A stretch of DNA of 62,659 nt from Actinomycetes bacterium (GTDB taxonomy: Bacteria > Actinomycetota > Acidimicrobiia > Acidimicrobiales > RAAP-2), in contig JAJYPY010000001.1 in assembly GCA_021794995.1 (NCBI GenBank), forward strand, positions 1 through 62,659. Direction: 5' to 3'. Of this stretch, positions 55,367-62,659 are shown in pieces. Positions within the stretch are counted from its first letter, which is position 1. Each line of letters begins with the position of its first letter. A program made the translations under genes and the position numbers. Below the pieces are notes generated by a model. That model was not told where the DNA came from. It did not search any database and was given only the letters and a program-made list of their open reading frames with translations.

Positions 55367-56542
55367 ATGGACCTCTACGAGTACCAGGGCAAGCAGTACT
55401 TCGCCCGCTTCGGCATCCCGACGTCGCGCGGAGGCGTCGCCGACAGCGTGGACGACGCGGTGGCGCAGGCCGACGCCGCGGGCTATCCCGTCGTCGTGAA
55501 GGCCCAAGTGAAGGTCGGCGGGCGCGGCAAGGCCGGGGGCATCAAGCTCGCCGGTGACGCCGACGAGGTCCGCGCGCACGCCGCAGCCATCCTCGGCATG
55601 GACATCAAGGGGCACGTCGTGCGCCGGCTGTGGATCGAGCACGCGTCGGACATCGCGGCGGAGTACTACGCGAGCTTCACGCTGGACCGCCTCGCCAAGC
55701 TGCACCTCGGCATGCTGTCTGCGACAGGTGGTGTCGAGATCGAGCAGGTCGCAGAGGACAATCCCGGCGCGATCGCCCGGCTCCACATCGATCCGGTGCA
55801 GGGACTCGACGCCGCCGCCGCCCGTCGCTGGGTCGACGAGGCGGGTCTCGACCACAAGGCCAGGGAGCAGGCGGCGGAGCTTCTCGTGGCGCTCTACCGC
55901 TGCTACGTGGAGGGTGATTGCGACCTGGCCGAGGTCAATCCCCTCATCCTCACCACCGACGGCAGGGTCCACGCACTGGACGCCAAGGTCACCCTCGACG
56001 ACAACGCCGCGTTCCGTCACCCAGACTGGGCCGAGTACGCCGCCACCGAGACCGAGGACCCGAGGGAGAAGATGGCGAAGGAGAAGGGGCTGAATTACAT
56101 CGGGCTCGAAGGCTCGGTCGGGATCATCGCCAACGGCGCCGGGCTGGCCATGAGCACGTGCGACGTGGTGAACCAGGTCGGGGGGCAGCCCGCCAACTTC
56201 TTGGACATCGGCGGCGGCGCCAACGCCGACGTGATGTCCGCGGCGCTCGAGGTCATCAACGCCGACCCGCACGTCCGAGCGATCTTCGTGAACATTTTCG
56301 GCGGCATCACGCGTGTCGACGAAGTGGCCAAGGGCGTCATCGAGGCCCTCGGGCGCGTCGACCTTCGCGCACCGATCGTGCTGCGCCTCGACGGCACGAA
56401 CGCAGAGGAAGGGCGCGCGCTGCTCATCCCGCACCTCTCCGACCGGCTGATCGCCGAAGAGACGATGATGGCGGCGGCGCGACGGGCCGTCGCGCTGGCG
56501 AACCAGACCGGAGCACACGACGCGAGCGAGGAGAGAGCGTGA
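55367..56542 (+). CDS. sucC: succinate--CoA ligase (ADP-forming) subunit beta
   Basis: MDLYEYQGKQYFARFGIP...VVKAQVKVGGRGKAGGIKLA...NFLDIGGGA. Confidence 0.95.
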   Translation: MDLYEYQGKQYFARFGIPTSRGGVADSVDDAVAQADAAGYPVVVKAQVKVGGRGKAGGIKLAGDADEVRAHAAAILGMDIKGHVVRRLWIEHASDIAAEYYASFTLDRLAKLHLGMLSATGGVEIEQVAEDNPGAIARLHIDPVQGLDAAAARRWVDEAGLDHKAREQAAELLVALYRCYVEGDCDLAEVNPLILTTDGRVHALDAKVTLDDNAAFRHPDWAEYAATETEDPREKMAKEKGLNYIGLEGSVGIIANGAGLAMSTCDVVNQVGGQPANFLDIGGGANADVMSAALEVINADPHVRAIFVNIFGGITRVDEVAKGVIEALGRVDLRAPIVLRLDGTNAEEGRALLIPHLSDRLIAEETMMAAARRAVALANQTGAHDASEERA

Positions 56543-57429
56543 GCATCTTCGTCGACGAGACGACCACCGTGGTCGTCCAGGGGATCAGCCCCACGAGCCA
56601 GGGGCTCTACCACGGGCTGCGCAACCGGGCGTACGGCACCAAGGTCGTTGCGGGCACGAACCCGAAGCGCGGCGGTGAGGAGATCGAGGGCATCCCGGTC
56701 TTCTCGTCGGTGGCCGAGGCGGTCGCCGCGACGGGCGCGGTCGCGTCGTTCATCTCGGTGCCGCCGCCGCATGCCGCCGCTGCGGTCCTGGAGGCCGCCG
56801 ACGCGGGCATCTCCTTCATCGTCTGCATCACCGAGGGGATCCCCGCCCAAGACGAGGCCCTCACGTACAACCGCCTGCAGCGCGAGCATCCGGCGACGCG
56901 GTTGCTGGGGCCGAACTGCCCGGGGATCATTTCGCCTGGCAAGTGCAATATCGGCATCACCTCGGGAGACATCGCGCTCGCAGGCGGCCCCGTCGGGATC
57001 GTGAGCCGCTCGGGCACGCTCACGTACCAGGCACTGCACGAGCTCTCCCGCCAAGGGGTCGGCCAGACGACGTGCGTGGGCATCGGCGGCGACCCGGTGC
57101 CCGGGACGAACTTCATCGACTGCCTCGAGGCGTTCGAGGCAGATCCCGACACCAAGGCCGTGATGATGATCGGCGAGATCGGTGGCGGCGAGGAGGAGAG
57201 GGCCGCCGGGTACATCGCCGAGCACGTGACCAAGCCCGTCGTCTGCTACGTCGCGGGCGTCACCGCCCCCCCTGGACGCAAGATGGGCCACGCCGGGGCG
57301 ATCATCTCGGGTTCCGCGGGCACCGCCCAGGCCAAGATGGCGGCGCTCTCGGCGGCCGGTGCCGTCGTCGCGGAGAACCCGACCGAAGCCGCCGTCCGCA
57401 TGGTGGAGATTGTCAAGGAGCTGGGCTGA
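56539..57429 (+). CDS. sucD: succinate--CoA ligase subunit alpha
   Basis: The GTG overlaps the sucC stop. [16 protein letters not shown]...SRSGTLTYQ...[10 protein letters not shown] contains the phosphohistidine loop. Confidence 0.95.
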   Translation: MSIFVDETTTVVVQGISPTSQGLYHGLRNRAYGTKVVAGTNPKRGGEEIEGIPVFSSVAEAVAATGAVASFISVPPPHAAAAVLEAADAGISFIVCITEGIPAQDEALTYNRLQREHPATRLLGPNCPGIISPGKCNIGITSGDIALAGGPVGIVSRSGTLTYQALHELSRQGVGQTTCVGIGGDPVPGTNFIDCLEAFEADPDTKAVMMIGEIGGGEEERAAGYIAEHVTKPVVCYVAGVTAPPGRKMGHAGAIISGSAGTAQAKMAALSAAGAVVAENPTEAAVRMVEIVKELG

Positions 57430-57494
57430 GCGCCCGGGACAACGCGGCGCGCGGCCGTGCAGGCCCTGCGGGACGTGTGGGCCGTGCGGGACGT

Positions 57495-58079
57495 GTGGCG
57501 GTCCTCGTGTCGGGGAGCGGCACTATCTTCGAGGCGATCGCTGCTGCCGGGGTTCCCGTCGCCGTCGTGCTCGCCGACCGCCCGTGCCGCGGCCTGGCGC
57601 TCGCGGGGTCCGCGGGCGCCGAGGCGGTGCTCGTCGACCGCCGGGACTGGGGAGGTTTCGGCGCGTCGTTCGACAGAGCTGGGTTCACGGGCGCTGTCAC
57701 CGCGGCGCTCGCGGGCCGCACAGTGGATCTCGTCGCGATGGCCGGCTTCGGGACGGTGCTCACCGGGTCGATCCACGACGTCTTCGGCGGGCGCATCGTG
57801 AACACCCATCCGTCGCTCCTGCCGGAGTTCCCGGGGTGGCACGCGGTCGCCGACGCACTGGCAGCCGGGGTGCCCGTGACGGGCTGTACGGTGCACCTCG
57901 CCACGATCGACCTCGACGCGGGGCCGATCCTCGCCCAAGAGGAGGTGACGGTGCTGGCCGGCGACACGGTCGAATCGCTGCACGAGCGCATCAAGGAAGT
58001 GGAGCGCCGCGTGTACCCCCAGACGATCCTCACCCTGCTTGGCCAGCTCGCAGGGTCTGGCACCCGAGCGGCGGGGTGA
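57495..58079 (+). CDS. purN: phosphoribosylglycinamide formyltransferase
   Basis: AVLVSGSGTIFEAI...IVNTHPSLLPEFPG...TGCTVHLATIDLDAGPILAQ. Start is GTG 57495; the duplicated in-frame GTG 57477 is an alternative. Confidence 0.88.
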   Translation: MAVLVSGSGTIFEAIAAAGVPVAVVLADRPCRGLALAGSAGAEAVLVDRRDWGGFGASFDRAGFTGAVTAALAGRTVDLVAMAGFGTVLTGSIHDVFGGRIVNTHPSLLPEFPGWHAVADALAAGVPVTGCTVHLATIDLDAGPILAQEEVTVLAGDTVESLHERIKEVERRVYPQTILTLLGQLAGSGTRAAG

Positions 58080-58086
58080 TGCGCCG

Positions 58087-59589
58087 GTGAGGGCCCTTCT
58101 CTCGGTGCACGACAAGACCGGGCTCGCGGAATTCGCCCGAGGGCTCGCCGCGCTCGGCTGGGAGCTCGTGGCGAGCGGCAACACGGCGAAGGCGCTCGAA
58201 GACGCAGGGGTCACGCCGCTCCAGGTCTCCGATGTGACCGGCTCTCCCGAGATGCTGGGGGGACGCGTGAAGACGCTCCATCCGCGCATCCACGGCGGGA
58301 TTCTGGCCGATCGTTCGGTTCCGGCGCACCTCGCCGATCTCGCGAGCCAGGGCATCGAGCCGATCGATCTCGTGGTGTCGAACCTCTACCCGTTCCTGAC
58401 CGAGCCCTCGATCGAGACGATCGACGTCGGCGGGCCCGCGATGGTGCGGGCGGCCGCAAAGAATTTCGCGCACGTGGCGGTCGTCACGTCGCCCGCCGAC
58501 TACGACGAGGTGCTCGCCGAGCTGCGAGGAACGGGATCGCTCTCCGACGCGACGCGGCGGCGTCTCGCGCGTGCGGCGTTCGCGCACACCGCCGCCTACG
58601 ACGCGGCCATCGTGGCGTGGCTCGATCAGGGAGACCCCCTGCCACCGACGCTCCACGTCACGTTGGCACGCGCGGAGGTCCTGCGCTACGGAGAGAACCC
58701 GCATCAGCAGGGCGCCCGCTACCGGGCGGGGCCGGGGTGGTGGGACCGGGTCGTCCAGCACGGTGGGACGGCGCTGTCCTATGTCAACATCTTCGACGCC
58801 GACGCCGCGTGGCGACTCGTCCACGAGCTGGCCGGGGACGCCGGCGGACGGGCGGCCGCGGTCATCGTGAAGCACGCCAACCCGTGCGGCGCGGCGGTCG
58901 CGGGCGATCTCGGTGCTGCGTACGCCCGGGCGCTCGAGTGCGATCCGGTCTCGGCGTTCGGTGGCGTCGTGGCGCTCGAGGGTGAGGTGACCGAGGAGGT
59001 CGCCGCCGTGGTCGCGGCCGGTCCGCAAGCCGACGTGATCGTCGCGCGGAGCTTCACCCCCGAAGCGGTCACGCGGTTGACCTCGCGCAGAAAGGCGACC
59101 CGCCTGCTCTCGGCGCCGGCTCCCGAGGAGGCCGGGCGCCAGCTGCGGACCCTCGGCGCCGCGGCCCTCGTCCAAGGTCCCGATGTCCTCCTCGCAGCGC
59201 CGCAGCACTGGGAGGTGGCGACGACCCTGAAGCCCTCCGAGATTCAATGGGGCGACCTCGTGATCGCGTGGCGCGTCTGCGCGCGTACGACCTCGAACGC
59301 GATCGTGATCGCGTCCGGTGGGCAGGCCGTCGGGGTCGGCGCCGGCCAGCAGTCGCGAGTGGTCGCGGCCGAGCTCGCCGTCTCCAAGGCCGGGACGCGC
59401 GCGCAGGGTGCGGTGGCGGCGAGCGACGCCTTCTTCCCTTTCCCCGACGGGCTGGACGTGCTCACGCGCGCGGGCGTCGGCGCGGTCGTCCAACCCGGTG
59501 GTTCGGTGCGCGACGCCGAGGTGATCGCCGCCGCCGAGGCTGCAGGGATCGCGATGGTGCTGACCGGCGAACGGCATTTCCGGCATTGA
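58087..59589 (+). CDS. purH: bifunctional AICAR transformylase / IMP cyclohydrolase
   Basis: [19 protein letters not shown]...[15 protein letters not shown]...VVSNLYPF...KHANPCG...GSVRD. Confidence 0.95.
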   Translation: MRALLSVHDKTGLAEFARGLAALGWELVASGNTAKALEDAGVTPLQVSDVTGSPEMLGGRVKTLHPRIHGGILADRSVPAHLADLASQGIEPIDLVVSNLYPFLTEPSIETIDVGGPAMVRAAAKNFAHVAVVTSPADYDEVLAELRGTGSLSDATRRRLARAAFAHTAAYDAAIVAWLDQGDPLPPTLHVTLARAEVLRYGENPHQQGARYRAGPGWWDRVVQHGGTALSYVNIFDADAAWRLVHELAGDAGGRAAAVIVKHANPCGAAVAGDLGAAYARALECDPVSAFGGVVALEGEVTEEVAAVVAAGPQADVIVARSFTPEAVTRLTSRRKATRLLSAPAPEEAGRQLRTLGAAALVQGPDVLLAAPQHWEVATTLKPSEIQWGDLVIAWRVCARTTSNAIVIASGGQAVGVGAGQQSRVVAAELAVSKAGTRAQGAVAASDAFFPFPDGLDVLTRAGVGAVVQPGGSVRDAEVIAAAEAAGIAMVLTGERHFRH

Positions 59590-60470
59590 GTGCGTTGCTC
59601 CTCGACGGCGAGCGCGTCGCGGCCCGGGTGCGCGCCGAGGTGGCCGGACGCGTCGCCGCACTCCGTGCGCGCGGCGTCAGCGTGGGCCTGGGGACGGTGC
59701 TCGTCGGAGACGACCCGGCGAGTGCGCGCTACGTGGCGATGAAGCACGAGGACTGTGCCGAGGCCGGCATCTCTTCTGTGCACGAGCACCTGCCGGCGAG
59801 CGCCACCCAGGCCGACGTGGAAGCTGCCGTCTCGCGCTTGAACGCCGACGCGCGCGTCGATGCCTACCTCGTGCAGCTCCCGCTCCCCGCCGGTCTCGAC
59901 GAAGAGCGGGTCCTGTGCGCGGTCGACCCGGCCAAGGATGTCGACGGTCTGCACCCGATGAACCTCGGGCGCCTCGTGATGGGGCGTCCCGGCCCGCTGC
60001 CGTGCACCCCGGCGGGAATCGTGGAGCTCCTGGCGGCATACGACGTGGCGGTCGAGGGCCGCCACGTGGTGGTCATCGGGAGGGGACTCACCATCGGTCG
60101 GCCGCTCGCGCTCCTGCTCGCGCTCAAGCGTCGCGGATGCAACGCGGCGGTCACCGTCGTGCACACCGGCGTCGACGACCTCGGGGAGCTGGTCCGCCAG
60201 GGCGACATCGTGGTGGCGGCCGCAGGGCGCGCCGGGCTCGTCACCCCCGACATGGTCAAGCCCGGTGCCGCCGTCGTGAGCGCGGGAACGTCGTGGGAGG
60301 GCCGGCGGCTGGTCCCCGACGTGGAGGAGTCCGTCGCCGAGGTGGCGGCGTGGATCACGCCGCGCCTCGGCGGGGTGGGTCCGATGACCCGGGCCATGCT
60401 CCTGCGCAACACCGTGCTCGCAGCCGAGCGGGGAGCCCTTGGCGCGGCCTCCGGCGCCGGCAGCTCGTAG
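59586..60470 (+). CDS. folD: bifunctional methylenetetrahydrofolate dehydrogenase/cyclohydrolase
   Basis: TTG 59586 overlaps the purH stop (TTGA). [15 protein letters not shown]...[17 protein letters not shown]...[10 protein letters not shown]...DVDGLHP...GGVGPMT. Confidence 0.92.
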   Translation: MSALLLDGERVAARVRAEVAGRVAALRARGVSVGLGTVLVGDDPASARYVAMKHEDCAEAGISSVHEHLPASATQADVEAAVSRLNADARVDAYLVQLPLPAGLDEERVLCAVDPAKDVDGLHPMNLGRLVMGRPGPLPCTPAGIVELLAAYDVAVEGRHVVVIGRGLTIGRPLALLLALKRRGCNAAVTVVHTGVDDLGELVRQGDIVVAAAGRAGLVTPDMVKPGAAVVSAGTSWEGRRLVPDVEESVAEVAAWITPRLGGVGPMTRAMLLRNTVLAAERGALGAASGAGSS

Positions 60471-60479
60471 CATTTGGCG

Positions 60480-61358
60480 ATGGCCCGCATCGCCGACCTG
60501 CTCTCGGCGGGGAAGACGTACTCCTTCGAGTTCTTCCCGCCCAAGAGCGACGCCGAACAGGCGACGCTCACCCGCACCCTGCACGAGCTCGAGCCGCTGC
60601 AGCCCTCCTTCGTGTCGGTCACCTACCGCGGAGGTGCAGCTTCGCGGGGACGGACGTTCGACCTCGTGACGGCGATGCTGCACGTCACGAGGCTCCAGCC
60701 GATGGCCCACCTCACCTGCGTCGGCCACACGCGCCTCGAGCTCGCCGAGATCCTGGTCGACTACCGCAAGGCCGGCATCGAGAACCTGATGGCGCTCGGC
60801 GGCGACCCACCGCAAGCGCCTGGGGACGAGCCCGGCGAGCTGCGTCACGCGCTCGAGCTGGTGGAGCTCGCCCGCGCCGTCGGAGGATTCTCCATCGGTG
60901 TGGCCGCGCACCCCGCGGGGCATCCGGCGTCGCCGGACATGGAGGCCGACCGCGACCGGCTGGCCGAGAAGCTGGCGCACGCGGACTTCGCGGTGACCCA
61001 GTTCTTCTTCGACGCCGAGCTGTACGCGAGTCTGCTCGACGACCTGGCCCGGCGCGCCATGACCAAGCCCGTCCTCCCCGGCATCATGCCGGTCACCTCG
61101 CTCTCTTCGATCCCCCGCATGGCCCAGATGGGCTCACCGGTGCCCGAGTGGGCCCAGGCGCGCCTCCGCGCCGCGGCGTCGCGCGGCGGGAGCGAGGCGG
61201 TACGTGCCGAGGGCATCGCCATGGCGACCGAGCTGTGCCGGGCCCTCCTCGACCTGGGAGCGCCTGGGCTGCACTTCTACACGTTGAACCGTTCGACCGC
61301 GACCCGGGAGATCTACCGCGCGCTCGGCCTCGCGCCGACGCTTTCGGCGGCGGGCTGA
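60480..61358 (+). CDS. metF: methylenetetrahydrofolate reductase
   Basis: YSFEFFPPKSD...SVTYRGG...MAHLTC...ALGGDPP...TQFFFD. ATG 60480 was chosen; TTG 60474 is two codons upstream. Confidence 0.9.
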   Translation: MARIADLLSAGKTYSFEFFPPKSDAEQATLTRTLHELEPLQPSFVSVTYRGGAASRGRTFDLVTAMLHVTRLQPMAHLTCVGHTRLELAEILVDYRKAGIENLMALGGDPPQAPGDEPGELRHALELVELARAVGGFSIGVAAHPAGHPASPDMEADRDRLAEKLAHADFAVTQFFFDAELYASLLDDLARRAMTKPVLPGIMPVTSLSSIPRMAQMGSPVPEWAQARLRAAASRGGSEAVRAEGIAMATELCRALLDLGAPGLHFYTLNRSTATREIYRALGLAPTLSAAG

Positions 61359-61418
61359 CTGGCGCCGCGACCCCTTTGCGAAATGGAGTGTCCCCCGTCC
61401 CCCCGGTAGGCTCACGCC

Positions 61419-62615
61419 ATGGCAGAAAAGATCACGATGGGCCCCGACGGGACCCTCCACGTACCCGACGAGCCGATCATCCCGTTCATCGAGGGTGACG
61501 GCACCGGGGTCGACATCTGGCCGGCGGCGAAGCTGGTCCTCGACGCCGCGGCCGCCAAGCACGGGCACCGCATCGCATGGAAGGAGGTGCTGGCCGGGCA
61601 GAGGGCGTTCGACGAGACGGGCGACTGGCTCCCCGCGGAGACGGTCGATGCCTTCAAGGACTACCTGATCGGGATCAAGGGCCCCCTCACCACGCCGATC
61701 GGTGGCGGGTTCCGCTCGCTCAACGTGGCGTTGCGCCAGATCCTCGATCTGTACGTCTGCCTCCGCCCGGTGCGCTGGTTCACGGGCGTCCCCTCGCCCG
61801 TCAAGCATCCCGAGCTCGTCGACATCGTGATCTTTCGGGAGAACACCGAGGACATCTACGCGGGACTCGAGGTCCAAGAGGGCACGCCCGAGGCCAAACG
61901 TCTGATCTCCCTCCTCCACGACGAGTACGGCTGGGAGATCCGCTCGGACTCGGGGATCGGCATCAAGCCCGTCTCGGTCACCGGCTCCAAGCGCCTCATC
62001 CGCGCGGCGATCCGATACGCGCTCGATCACCACCGCGCGTCGGTCACCCTGGTCCACAAGGGAAACATCCAGAAGTTCACCGAGGGCGCGTTCCGCCAGT
62101 GGGGCTACGACCTGGTCCACGAGGAGTTCGCAGACGTCGCGGTCGGATGGGACGACTGCAAGGGCGATCCCGGAGACAAGCTGCTCGTGAAGGACAACAT
62201 CGCCGACATCATCTTCCAGCAGGTGCTCACGCGCCCGGACGACTTCGACGTCATCGCGACGACCAACCTGAACGGCGACTACCTCTCGGACGCGCTGGCC
62301 GCCCAGGTCGGAGGCATCGGCATCGCCCCGGGTGCGAACATCAACTACGTGACCGGCCACGGCATCTTCGAGGCGACGCACGGCACGGCGCCCAAGTATG
62401 CCGGCCAGGACAAGGTGAACCCCGGATCGGTGCTCCTCTCGGGCGTGCTCATGTTCGAGCACCTCGGCTGGCAGGATGCGGCCCAGGACATCGTGCGGGC
62501 GCTCGAGGCGACGATCGCGGAGAAGATCGTGACCTACGACTTCGCCCGCCAGATGCAGGGTGCCACCGAGGTGAAGACCTCCGAATTCGGCGCTGCGGTG
62601 GTCGACCGCCTCTGA
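61419..62615 (+). CDS. icd: NADP-dependent isocitrate dehydrogenase (homodimeric type)
   Basis: [14 protein letters not shown]...[20 protein letters not shown]...[25 protein letters not shown]. Confidence 0.95.
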   Translation: MAEKITMGPDGTLHVPDEPIIPFIEGDGTGVDIWPAAKLVLDAAAAKHGHRIAWKEVLAGQRAFDETGDWLPAETVDAFKDYLIGIKGPLTTPIGGGFRSLNVALRQILDLYVCLRPVRWFTGVPSPVKHPELVDIVIFRENTEDIYAGLEVQEGTPEAKRLISLLHDEYGWEIRSDSGIGIKPVSVTGSKRLIRAAIRYALDHHRASVTLVHKGNIQKFTEGAFRQWGYDLVHEEFADVAVGWDDCKGDPGDKLLVKDNIADIIFQQVLTRPDDFDVIATTNLNGDYLSDALAAQVGGIGIAPGANINYVTGHGIFEATHGTAPKYAGQDKVNPGSVLLSGVLMFEHLGWQDAAQDIVRALEATIAEKIVTYDFARQMQGATEVKTSEFGAAVVDRL

Positions 62616-62659
62616 GCGGCGCGCCCCCTGTCGCCGGCGACCTGCGCCGGGCGGCGCGC

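Overview
This window is a very GC-rich, fully co-directional stretch of core bacterial chromosome; every credible gene lies on the + strand. It carries the transcription/translation super-cluster in the order typical of Actinomycetota. The order is tRNA(Thr?)-tRNA-Met-rpmG-tRNA-Trp-secE-nusG-rplKA-rplJL-rpoBC, then rpsLG-fusA-tuf-rpsJ, then the S10/spc/alpha ribosomal operons (rplC through rplQ, with secY-adk-map-infA-rpmJ). After that come truA, rplM-rpsI, glmM-glmS-acpS-nnr-alr, tsaE-tsaB-rimI-tsaD, rlmN and a CIRCE-controlled groES-groEL. The right end holds a Nudix CoA pyrophosphatase, a GuaB3-like IMPDH paralogue, pcrA, sucCD, purN-purH, folD, metF and icd. I found no rRNA, CRISPR array, transposase, integrase, or recognisable defence or secondary-metabolite system, so most of the window is ordinary housekeeping DNA. 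The only clearly accessory gene is a 540-aa secreted protein (53201..54823) that fuses six ~42-aa propeller-like repeats to a GH25/DUF1906-like domain. The most unusual recurring signal is in-frame tandem-repeat and low-complexity extensions on essential proteins: S3 at 449 aa, L22 at 241 aa, plus L10, L5, L4, NusG, RpoC and a (Thr/Ala)n loop in GlmS. Other points worth checking are a 254-nt structured, promoter-containing spacer that separates rpsJ from rplC, a probable CTG start for infA, a Thermus-like zinc ribbon in L24, a perfect 14-bp hairpin between groES and groEL, and an orphan B12-binding mutase subunit just upstream of sucCD. All calls rest on reading the translated ORFs and the DNA by eye; no database search was run.
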